Below, one piece after another: positions 9,733-18,034 of a stretch of DNA of 32,000 nt (its first letter is position 1; each line of letters opens with the position of its first letter). Both the position numbers and the translations under genes were made by a program. The notes beneath the pieces were generated by a model, which was not told where the DNA came from, searched no databases, and saw only the letters and a program-made list of their open reading frames with translations. Origin of the DNA: Telmatocola sphagniphila (GTDB lineage Bacteria; Planctomycetota; Planctomycetia; Gemmatales; Gemmataceae); contig NZ_CP074694.1 of NCBI RefSeq assembly GCF_018398935.1, forward strand, positions 3,810,001 to 3,842,000, in the 5' to 3' direction.

Positions 9733-10052
9733 AGTTTTGTGATCGGCCGGCCGCCTGCCCGGCTCCCCAAATGAAAAAAGCACCCCCGGCAGATGCACCA
9801 TGCATCCGCTCCTGTGCCCGTATTGAGGCAGGGTGTACTTGAGAATGGTCCTTTGTGCCGAAAGGCGGGTTCACAATATTAATTAGTTGAGAATTCCCGC
9901 CCCGGACAAAAGGACGATGCTGCTTGAACAACAGTCGCCCGTTTATTTAATCGTATGGGTGAAGTAAATAGCGTCCACAGCATTTAGCCGGCGCTTCGCC
10001 TATACAATTCAGGCGGAATGATATCAGAATACCCCCGACTGCGGATGAAGAT

Positions 10053-11069
10053 ATGGCGAAGAACCCCGTACGCGAAGATTGGTCTCAGGACGAGTTGCGA
10101 AAGGAAGCCGATGCCATCCGCAAGCGGATCAGCCGATTTCGGGAAGCGCTCAGCCGATTTTTCGTCAAAAAGCAGGAAATTATCGACCTGATGGTCGTCG
10201 CGGCCGTGGCTCAGGAGCCGATTTTGATCGTCGGCCCTCCCGGCACGGCCAAGTCGGAACTGGTCGTCAAATTCAAGGACGCTTTAGGGGTGAGCCAGGA
10301 AGATTACTTCGAATATATGCTCACTCGGTTTACCGAACCCTCCGAGATAATCGGGGCGATCGATATCCAGGAATTGCGGGAAGGGAAATATATCCGCCGC
10401 AAGGAAGGAAAATTGCCGACCGCCCGCATCGCCTTCCTGGATGAGATCTTCAAATCGAACTCGGCCATTTTGAATATCCTGCTGACGATCATCAACGAGC
10501 GGAAATTCTACCAGGACGGCATGCCCGAATCGGTCCCGCTGCGAATTCTCTTCGCCGCGACCAACGAAATTCCCGAGCAGGGAGAATTAGCGGCGCTTAG
10601 AGATCGATTTGTACTCAAAGTCCAAAGTCGATCGGTCCGCGACGAGTACTTCACGGAACTGATTGATTCCGGTCTACAGTCCGAGAGTTCGAAATCGCTC
10701 AATCAGAAGCCCTGGGCCGAAGGCATAGCCAGCCTCGAAGATTTCTTGAAAGCGAATCGATACCTCACTTATCAGTTTGCCCAGCAGGAAACCGATCCTC
10801 AGGGCGAGGAACTCAACGACCGAAAAAAGTTCTTCCCGGCCGAGACATTCCGAGAGTTTCAACGGCTAATCAAGACACTCGCTCGGGAGGACAAGATCTT
10901 TATCTCCGACCGCAAGCTGGTGAAGTTGTACAAACTACTGCGCGTCCGCTCCTGGCTCTTCTCCGGCGGCACGGTCACCCGAGACGACCTGAAATTACTG
11001 ACATATCTGGGGGAAACGTTGGCGGAAATCGATCATTTGAGGGAGAAGGTGCCGTTGTTATTGGGATAA
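10053..11069 (+). CDS. MoxR-class AAA+ ATPase resembling the RavA AAA+ module (338 aa, no LARA-like C-terminus)
   Basis: Walker A GPPGTAKS and Walker B IAFLDEIFKSNSAILNILLTIINERKF. The stretch EYMLTRFTEPSEIIGAIDIQELREGKY...RILFAATNEIPEQGELAALRDRF runs parallel to the E. coli RavA sequence as I recall it. Confidence 0.7.
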   Translation: MAKNPVREDWSQDELRKEADAIRKRISRFREALSRFFVKKQEIIDLMVVAAVAQEPILIVGPPGTAKSELVVKFKDALGVSQEDYFEYMLTRFTEPSEIIGAIDIQELREGKYIRRKEGKLPTARIAFLDEIFKSNSAILNILLTIINERKFYQDGMPESVPLRILFAATNEIPEQGELAALRDRFVLKVQSRSVRDEYFTELIDSGLQSESSKSLNQKPWAEGIASLEDFLKANRYLTYQFAQQETDPQGEELNDRKKFFPAETFREFQRLIKTLAREDKIFISDRKLVKLYKLLRVRSWLFSGGTVTRDDLKLLTYLGETLAEIDHLREKVPLLLG

Positions 11070-11329
11070 TATCGACGCGACATTGAGCACTGCAAATCAC
11101 TGTCAGTATTTTTGTAATTTATTTTTTATTTTAAAATTATTTTCTATTTACTTTTTATAAAGTTAGATTACCATTCGTCGAAGAGTGCAATTATGAAAGC
11201 CTTTTGAGCACGCTGGTTTCTCGTAACAACAGCATTTCATATGCATTCCTCGCAAAACTCGCCAAAATCAGATTTACTATGAAACTGGCTAGTTAGCGAT
11301 TCACTTACAGCACCAAAGGAGAATCACTA

Positions 11330-11745
11330 ATGAAGAGGTTGCAATTGTTTTATTCACAGTATTATTCTTTGCGTCTGATCTAAGAGCGCAGAATGATGGT
11401 GGGAATTCAGTAACATTGGCACCTGTAGTTTCAAAAGATGGGATGAAAGTAGAAGTTTCTGTTTCTCACGTGCTTGGGAATGGCTATACGTTACAGCTAA
11501 TCTCTGTTAATATCACTCAGAAAATCGGATTTATGAATGCCTCCGTATCGATAGGTTCTGGTGCTTTTCAAGCAGTTGCACCTGCCGTCATTCCCTCCCC
11601 CGCTTCAGCTACATTCGAAACGAGTGATAATGCAAAGCTTCAAGTAGCGTACCATGTCAAAGTAACGGCGACGTTCAAAGACAATCTGGGCAACACCAAA
11701 ACTCTGACAGATGAGGCGGACAATTTAACAGGTTTGAAGCCATAG
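11330..11745 (+). CDS. Small secreted beta-rich hypothetical protein; start unresolved because of a 1-nt frame offset just after the ATG
   Basis: AAGGAG lies 7 nt before ATG 11330. The long ORF (frame of 11332, open from 11293) encodes a textbook signal peptide, EVAIVLFTVLFFASDLRAQ, but has no ATG/GTG before TTG 11416. Confidence 0.45.
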
Positions 11746-11796
11746 TCTTATGATTTCGAGGTTTAACTATTACAAATAAATTTTTCAAGGAAGAAC

Positions 11797-12669
11797 ATGA
11801 GAAATCAATCCGTGCGATATATAAATCGAGGATTTAGCTTAATAGAAACGATTGTCGTCATAGCCATAATTGGCTCGATGATCGGCTTGTTGCTTTCCGC
11901 AATTCAAATGGTAAGACTTCAGGCAAACCGAATGGAAAGTGCCAACAATCTACGGCAAATCATTATCGCAACGCATAATTTCGCATCCGATCGACAAGGA
12001 GTACTTCCTAGCTACGTCCCCTATCATCCGAAATACAAAGGCATTAAGAAAAAGGGGTCGCTATTACAAAAATTGCAGCCTTATTTTCAATGTCCGATGG
12101 TTACCTTTCATACCAAAGATGACGATCTGGAATTTCTAACACCCAAAATCTTTCTGAGCCCGACCGATTCTTCCTTGGCGGCATTTCCCGTGTCTCAAGA
12201 GTCTTGGGGCAATATCAGTTACGCCTTCAATGCCTATGCATTTTTGCTCGATAAAAATTTGAACTCCAGTTTTTCGGATGGAACTTCAAATACCATCGCC
12301 TTCGCGGATCGTTATGCCCGAGCAGACATTTCGGTCCGAGGAGGCAATTTACGCTATGACGTTACCGGATTCCAGTACGACATCTTCTGGAGAGTGCCGA
12401 GTTTCGCGGATGAATTGTGGGGAGATGTTGTTCCGGTAACCACTAATTCAGTACCTATCACAACTCAACCCTCGGTGCCCGGTTTGACCTTTCAGCCGGC
12501 GCCGGACCCTCACAATTTCAATCCGAGCCTTCTAAGTTCGCACGTAAAATCCGGGTTGGAAACGGCTTTTTTCGATGGCTCAGTCCGGACCATAACTCCA
12601 ACCATCGCTCCGTCCGTTTTCTGGTCGCTGGTAACTCCCAACGCGGGGGATGCTACCCAGAATTTTTGA
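11797..12669 (+). CDS. DUF1559-family pseudopilin-like protein, tandem paralogue 1 (H-X10-DG variant)
   Basis: RG|FSLIETIVVIAIIGSMIGLLLSAIQ prepilin-type N-terminus, [14 protein letters not shown], and C-terminal [16 protein letters not shown]. Confidence 0.8.
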   Translation: MRNQSVRYINRGFSLIETIVVIAIIGSMIGLLLSAIQMVRLQANRMESANNLRQIIIATHNFASDRQGVLPSYVPYHPKYKGIKKKGSLLQKLQPYFQCPMVTFHTKDDDLEFLTPKIFLSPTDSSLAAFPVSQESWGNISYAFNAYAFLLDKNLNSSFSDGTSNTIAFADRYARADISVRGGNLRYDVTGFQYDIFWRVPSFADELWGDVVPVTTNSVPITTQPSVPGLTFQPAPDPHNFNPSLLSSHVKSGLETAFFDGSVRTITPTIAPSVFWSLVTPNAGDATQNF

Positions 12670-12742
12670 GCATCATCGAAAGCGAAATATTCTAGTGGAT
12701 TGTCGTGAAAAGCGTTTTTGAAACTTCCATGAAGTCCCAGGG

Positions 12743-13630
12743 ATGGGTATGAAAAGAACTTCACTCCACTCTCGAAGCTTTGCTTTCACACTCATCGAAG
12801 TCTTGGTGGTTTTCGCCATCGTCGGGCTGATGATCGGATTACTTCTGGCAGCCATTCAGGCGGTAAGAACCCAAGCTCGTCGCCTAGAGAGTTCCAATAA
12901 TCTTCGACAAATCGCCTTGGCCACTGTCACTCACGCAACGGATCATCAGGGGAAAGTGCCGAGCTATATACCCTTTCATCCCCGGTACGAACAGCAACAA
13001 CCCAAGACGTTGCTCTTCAAAACTCTCGAATCGTACTTGCAGTGCCCGATGGTCACCTACCATACCGGATCGCTAGCTGCCTCTCAAAAGGTAGGAGACT
13101 TGACGCTCAAAGTGTACCTGAGCCCAACCGATCCCTCGCTCAGCGTCTTCCCGGTCTCCGATGATTCCTGGGGAAATATCAGTTATGCGTTCAATGCTGT
13201 CGCATTTTTGATGGAAAGAAACTACGACTCGGGATTTCCCGATGGCACTTCGAACACCATCGCATTTGCCGACCGCTATGCCCGTGCCGGTTCGCGGGTT
13301 GTCGGCGGCTCGATTCGCTACGATATCCCCGTTTTTCAGTACGACTGGATTTGGAGAACGCCCAGTTTTAGCGACGAACTCTGGGGAGATGTGATTCCAG
13401 TAACTCCCAATAAACTTCCTATCCTCACCCACCCTTCAACGTCGGGTGTTACCTTTCAGCCCGCACCCGACCCCCGTAACTTCAATCCGCATGTCTTAAG
13501 CTCCCATCTTGCCTCGGGAATACAAACTGCCTTTTTTGACGGCTCGGTGCGCACAGTAGCCCCTTCAATTACCCCGTCGATATTTTGGTCCCTGATAACT
13601 CCGGCAGCGGGAGATCTGACTTTGGAGTAG
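12743..13630 (+). CDS. DUF1559-family pseudopilin-like protein, tandem paralogue 2 (H-X10-DG variant)
   Basis: [41 protein letters not shown] and [16 protein letters not shown]. Colinear with paralogue 1 and roughly 60% identical by eye. The start could be 12743 or 12749. Confidence 0.8.
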   Translation: MGMKRTSLHSRSFAFTLIEVLVVFAIVGLMIGLLLAAIQAVRTQARRLESSNNLRQIALATVTHATDHQGKVPSYIPFHPRYEQQQPKTLLFKTLESYLQCPMVTYHTGSLAASQKVGDLTLKVYLSPTDPSLSVFPVSDDSWGNISYAFNAVAFLMERNYDSGFPDGTSNTIAFADRYARAGSRVVGGSIRYDIPVFQYDWIWRTPSFSDELWGDVIPVTPNKLPILTHPSTSGVTFQPAPDPRNFNPHVLSSHLASGIQTAFFDGSVRTVAPSITPSIFWSLITPAAGDLTLE

Positions 13631-13653
13631 CTCCTCTAATCCCTTTGAAAAAT

Positions 13654-13678
13654 GCGGGGCAAACGCCCCTCTTTTTTG
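13654..13678 (+). terminator. Rho-independent terminator after the DUF1559 pair
   Basis: GGGGC-AAAC-GCCCC (13656-13669) followed by TCTTTTTTG. Confidence 0.6.
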
Positions 13679-13796
13679 TTCGTTAGCCCACTTAATCTTG
13701 CCGAAAAGAAGCATTTTCTGATAAACTGCATTTTGGAAGGTTGTCACCACTTTCCGAACCCGAGGCCCTTGGCCAAAAAGTATCCGGATTTCTGCA

Positions 13797-14303
13797 ATGT
13801 CTTTTTCCAGTGCGCACCTCTATTTTGATGACGTTGAAGTTGGTGCGGAATTCGAATCACTCGGCCGAACTGTGACCGAGACGGACATCGTCAATTTCGC
13901 TGGCCTGTCCGGCGATTTCAACCCGATTCACATGGACCACGAATTTGCCCGATCGACTCCCTTCCGGCGTCCGATCGCGCATGGCCTGCTGGTTTTTTCC
14001 ATCGGCTCCGGCCTCGGCGTCTCTTCTCCTCCCATGCGAACGATTGCTTTCCTTTACGTTAAGGAATGGAAATTTGTGGGGCCGATCTTCGCGGGCGATA
14101 CCGTTCGGCTCAAGTCCCGAGTACTTCAGAAGACACCCCGGGGCCGCGGCCGTCGCGGAGAAATGCACTGGTATAGGGCTATCTCCAATCAGGAAGGCAA
14201 AATCGTCCAGGAAGGTACACTGGTCACCATGGTTGAAGCCCGGGCCATGCACCAGCATCCGATATCGAAACTGGACGAGTCGGCCTCTCCTGAAGCCGAA
14301 TAA
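13797..14303 (+). CDS. MaoC-like (R)-specific enoyl-CoA hydratase / hot-dog fold dehydratase
   Basis: DIVNFAGLSGDFNPIHMDHEFARSTPFRRPIAHGLL is the MaoC dehydratase signature region. Length 168 aa. Confidence 0.8.
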   Translation: MSFSSAHLYFDDVEVGAEFESLGRTVTETDIVNFAGLSGDFNPIHMDHEFARSTPFRRPIAHGLLVFSIGSGLGVSSPPMRTIAFLYVKEWKFVGPIFAGDTVRLKSRVLQKTPRGRGRRGEMHWYRAISNQEGKIVQEGTLVTMVEARAMHQHPISKLDESASPEAE

Positions 14304-14414
14304 GAAATCCCCTGCCCCGCAGCCATAACCATCCCCAATTCGCTCTGCTCCATATCATAACTGAACTTGTGAACATTCGCGCCCCAAACCGGGCGCTTCA
14401 TCTATCAGCGAAGT

Positions 14415-15953
14415 ATGGCTATTCGTACCCGATTTGCACCCAGTCCGACCGGTTACCTTCATATCGGCGGCGTCCGCACGGCCCTGTTCAACTGGCTGCT
14501 CACCAAGCGTCACGGTGGGCAATTCATCTTGCGCATTGACGATACCGATAGCGAACGCAACCGGGCCGAAGCACTGCAACCGATTCTGGACGGCTTTCGC
14601 TGGCTCGGCATCAACTGGGACGAAGGACCGGAAATCAACGGGCCCTATGCCCCCTATTACCAGAGTCAGCGAAATCAGAACTACATTGATGCCGCGATGA
14701 AGCTCCTCGAAGCCGGGCACGCCTACCCGGACTACATGACCAAAGAAGAGTTGGAAGCGGAACGCGCCGCGGCCATCGCTGCCAAACAAGCTTACGTCCA
14801 TCGCGGGCCCCACCGGAACACTCCGGCGGCCGAGTGCGTCCGGCTTTATAAAGAGAAGCCGACGACGCTGCGCTTCAAAGTGCCGCTGGATCGACTCTCG
14901 GTCGTCGAAGATCTCATCTGCGGGCATTGCGAACAGCAGACCAATCTGCTCGGCGATCCCGTGATTCTCCGAGCCGACGGCCGAGCCCTGTACAACTTCG
15001 CTTCGGCCGTGGACGATATGGCCTTGAAGATCACCCATATTGTTCGGGCCCGCGAACACCTGGCCAATACCTACGTTCAAGTGCTGTTCTTCGAAGCTCT
15101 CGGGGCGGAAATGCCCAAATTCGGCCACGTTCCCGTGGTGAATGAGCCGAAGTCGAAAAAGAAGCTCAGCAAGCGCGACATGGCCAAGTTCGTTACACCC
15201 GATATCCGCAAAAAGCTGAACGCCATCGGCTACACCGACGAGCAAATTGAAACCCGCAACGATCTCAACCCGGCCACCGTCGCTTTCTACAAGGAAATGG
15301 GCTACCTGCCGGAAGGGATTGTAAATTACCTCGGCCGGCTCGGCTGGTCGCTCGACGACAAGGCCGAGTTCATTCCCATCGATCAGATGATTGCCAACTT
15401 CGGCCTGGAACGGGTCAACGATTCCCCGGCCAGCTTCGATCCCGACAAGCTCTACTGGCTGTGCGGCGAGTACATGAAGCTGAAGCCGATCGACGAGAAA
15501 GTCGAAGGTTCCATCCCGTTCCTGCAGCGTGCCCAACTGATCGGCGAGAACGTCGACGCTACCACCCGCGAAAAGATCAAGCAGATCGTGATCGCCTGCG
15601 GCGACCGCATCAAGCTCTATTCCGATATCCTGCAGTTCGGCGGACCGATACTTACTGCCGAAATCAGCTACGATCCCAAAGCAGTCGAAAAACGGCTGAA
15701 GAAAGCGGGAGCCGCCGAACTGTTAACGGCCTTCGCCGAGAAGATGAAAACGCTCGACCCCTTCGACGCTCCCACCCTCGACAAGTTGCTGCATGATGTG
15801 GCCACCGAAAAAGGGGTCAAAGCGGCGGATCTGGTCCACCCGTTGCGAGTCGCGACCACAGGAACGGAAGTGGGCTTCAGCCTGTTCGATACCCTGGCGC
15901 TGCTGGGTAAAGAGGTCTGCCTGCAACGAATTGAAAAAGCCCTGAAACTCTAA
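14415..15953 (+). CDS. gltX: Glutamyl-tRNA synthetase
   Basis: RTRFAPSPTGYLHIGGVRTALFNWL (HIGH motif) and KLSKRD (KMSKS motif). 512 aa. Confidence 0.92.
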   Translation: MAIRTRFAPSPTGYLHIGGVRTALFNWLLTKRHGGQFILRIDDTDSERNRAEALQPILDGFRWLGINWDEGPEINGPYAPYYQSQRNQNYIDAAMKLLEAGHAYPDYMTKEELEAERAAAIAAKQAYVHRGPHRNTPAAECVRLYKEKPTTLRFKVPLDRLSVVEDLICGHCEQQTNLLGDPVILRADGRALYNFASAVDDMALKITHIVRAREHLANTYVQVLFFEALGAEMPKFGHVPVVNEPKSKKKLSKRDMAKFVTPDIRKKLNAIGYTDEQIETRNDLNPATVAFYKEMGYLPEGIVNYLGRLGWSLDDKAEFIPIDQMIANFGLERVNDSPASFDPDKLYWLCGEYMKLKPIDEKVEGSIPFLQRAQLIGENVDATTREKIKQIVIACGDRIKLYSDILQFGGPILTAEISYDPKAVEKRLKKAGAAELLTAFAEKMKTLDPFDAPTLDKLLHDVATEKGVKAADLVHPLRVATTGTEVGFSLFDTLALLGKEVCLQRIEKALKL

Positions 15954-16025
15954 CCATTCGCGGAGCCTCTCCGAATAGTTCAACGCATCGCGAATGATTT
16001 AATTACTTCGTATTCAACAACACCT

Positions 16026-17015
16026 ATGAAAACTTTTCACATCTGCGGTCTGGGCAATGCCATCGTCGATATCTTCTTGGAAATCGACGACCAAGATTTC
16101 AAACAGTTAGGCTTCGAGCGGGGCACCATGCGACTCGTGGAAGCCGAAGATCAGAAGCAACTCCTGCACAGCTTCCAGGGCAAAGAACCAAGGCTGGCTT
16201 CCGGCGGCTCGGTCGCCAATTCGATCATTGGCTTCACTCAGCTGGGTGGCCGGGCGGCCTTCATCGGCTGCGTCGGCGACGATCGCTACGGTCTCTTCTA
16301 CCATCGCGAATTTGAACACCTGAACATCGAAATGGGCGTTCCCATCATCGTCGGCGAGACGACCGGCACTAGCGCCATCATGATCACTCCGGACGCCGAG
16401 CGGACCATGCGGACCTGTCTGGCCGTATCGAGTCATTTGGCGGACCGCCACGTCGATGAGGAACGCATCAAGAGCAGCGAATGGCTGTTCATCGAAGGGT
16501 ATGTGATCGCCAATCCCGTGACGGGACAATCGGCCGTGCGCAAAGCGGTTCAAATCGCTAAAAGGCACGGCGTGAAAATCGCCCTCACCTGCTCCGATGC
16601 CTTTATTCCCAATGTCTTCGGCGATTGTTTCTTTGAAGTGCTGAAGAGCAGCGATCTGTTGTTCTGCAATGCGAGCGAGGCCGCCGCTGTGACACAAGGC
16701 ACTTCGGCGGCAGAAAGTTTCGCCAAATTGAAATCGCTGGTTCCGAACGCCGTGCTGACCGACGGCAACCAGGGAGCCCACTTCCGCTACAACGGCAATG
16801 AAGGGCATGTACCCAGTTTCCCTTGTGAACCGAAGGATCTGACGGGCGCTGGCGACATGTTTGCCGGAGCTTTCCTCTACGGAATTACGCACGGCTACAC
16901 CCCCGCCGATGCGACCAAGGCCGCGAACTACCTGGCCATGAAGGTCATCCTTCAAATTGGGGCCCGGCTGCATCACGACACGCAATTCGAATGGCAGACC
17001 GCCCTGACGATGTGA
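16026..17015 (+). CDS. PfkB-family carbohydrate/adenosine kinase
   Basis: N-terminal GLGNAIVDI, GGSVANS, and C-terminal DLTGAGDMFAGAFLYG (PfkB signature 2). Confidence 0.8.
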   Translation: MKTFHICGLGNAIVDIFLEIDDQDFKQLGFERGTMRLVEAEDQKQLLHSFQGKEPRLASGGSVANSIIGFTQLGGRAAFIGCVGDDRYGLFYHREFEHLNIEMGVPIIVGETTGTSAIMITPDAERTMRTCLAVSSHLADRHVDEERIKSSEWLFIEGYVIANPVTGQSAVRKAVQIAKRHGVKIALTCSDAFIPNVFGDCFFEVLKSSDLLFCNASEAAAVTQGTSAAESFAKLKSLVPNAVLTDGNQGAHFRYNGNEGHVPSFPCEPKDLTGAGDMFAGAFLYGITHGYTPADATKAANYLAMKVILQIGARLHHDTQFEWQTALTM

Positions 17016-17041
17016 TTTCAGGAATTTTTTGAAGCAAAAGC

Positions 17042-17650
17042 ATGGCACGACTTCGTACATTTATTGCCGTGGAACTTTCCGAGCGAATTCGTTCCGCGTG
17101 TCTGGATCTCCAACTGAGCCTGACTCTTCCCGGGGCGCCGGTGAAGTGGGTTTCAGAGGACAATTTCCACATCACCCTGCTCTTTCTGGGCGAGGTGAAC
17201 GAACTCGATCTGGTGGCGATTTGCCGTTCGACGCAGAAATCTTTGGCAAAGCAGAAATCTTTTCAGATCACCGTCGGCGGACTGGGCTGTTTTCCGACGC
17301 CGCGACGGCCCAAGGTGCTTTGGGCCGGAGTTTCCGAGGGCCAGGAGCAACTGGCCAAGCTGCATGCCAAGCTGGAAGCTCCCTTAATGGAGATAGGCTG
17401 CTATCGTCGGGAAGAACGGAACTATACGCCGCATTTGACGCTGGGCCGGATCGAGCCGGTGGAAGCGGAGACGGAAGCGCCGCGAATTACTGGAGAGAAA
17501 GCGGAGGAGATTAGCTGGCCGCAGATTATTCGGGATCATGAGGAGTGGAAGGCCGGGTATTGCGACGTGAACGAGGTTCTGGTGATGACCAGTGAACTTC
17601 GCCGTTCGGGTCCTGTCTATTCGGTGGTGGCCCGCACGCCGTTGGGATAG
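17042..17650 (+). CDS. thpR: RNA 2',3'-cyclic phosphodiesterase (2H phosphoesterase, LigT/ThpR)
   Basis: Two H-x-T/S-x motifs, FHITLLFLG and PHLTLGR, at the expected spacing. 202 aa. Confidence 0.85.
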   Translation: MARLRTFIAVELSERIRSACLDLQLSLTLPGAPVKWVSEDNFHITLLFLGEVNELDLVAICRSTQKSLAKQKSFQITVGGLGCFPTPRRPKVLWAGVSEGQEQLAKLHAKLEAPLMEIGCYRREERNYTPHLTLGRIEPVEAETEAPRITGEKAEEISWPQIIRDHEEWKAGYCDVNEVLVMTSELRRSGPVYSVVARTPLG

Positions 17651-17709
17651 GGGGAATCCGTCCGCACGGGACTATTCTCGCCGTGGCTGACCCCATAATT
17701 TAGTAGTAA

Positions 17710-17783
17710 GCCCTCGTAGCTCAGCTGGATAGAGCAACGGATTTCTAATCCGTCGGTCAGGCGTTCGAATCGCCTCGAGGGTA
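17710..17783 (+). tRNA. tRNA-Arg (anticodon TCT)
   Basis: Cloverleaf folded by hand: acceptor GCCCTCG/CGAGGGT (G1:U72), D arm GCTC-AGCTGGATA-GAGC, anticodon arm ACGGA-TTTCTAA-TCCGT, variable loop CGGTC, T arm AGGCG-TTCGAAT-CGCCT, discriminator A. CCA is not encoded. Confidence 0.9.
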
Positions 17784-17944
17784 CTCCCCCTTTTCTGCAG
17801 CGTCCTGTCGCACAAATTCTAGCGGAATATTCTTCGTTCCCAAAAACCACTCTCGAACTGAACCGACAGCTGTTGCGGTGGTGATTGAACCCAAGCGCCG
17901 TCAACGTGTTGCCCAGGACTAGGGCACGAAGCTGGTAATGGGAA

Positions 17945-17975
17945 GGGGCTGAGAGGGATCTCGGCCCCTTTTTTG
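17945..17975 (+). terminator. Strong rho-independent terminator 160 nt downstream of the tRNA
   Basis: GGGGCTGAGA-GGGA-TCTCGGCCCC (10-bp stem with one G:U pair) followed by TTTTTTGTTTG. Confidence 0.75.
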
Positions 17976-18034
17976 TTTGTAGCCGTTTGACGGCCAAGGA
18001 TATCAGAGAAAGGTAAAGCTGCAAATGTTACTAA

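Noticed and set aside
7315-9774. 819-aa ORF on the + strand, the longest in the window
   Set aside because: It is exactly antisense to the EF-G gene and Arg/Gly/His-rich with no motifs. This is a typical shadow ORF of a GC-rich gene, and the EF-G reading is unambiguous.
11090-11170. The 10%-GC tract as a replication-origin unwinding element
   Set aside because: I saw no DnaA-box-like nonamers (TTATCCACA and variants) nearby and no dnaA/dnaN context.
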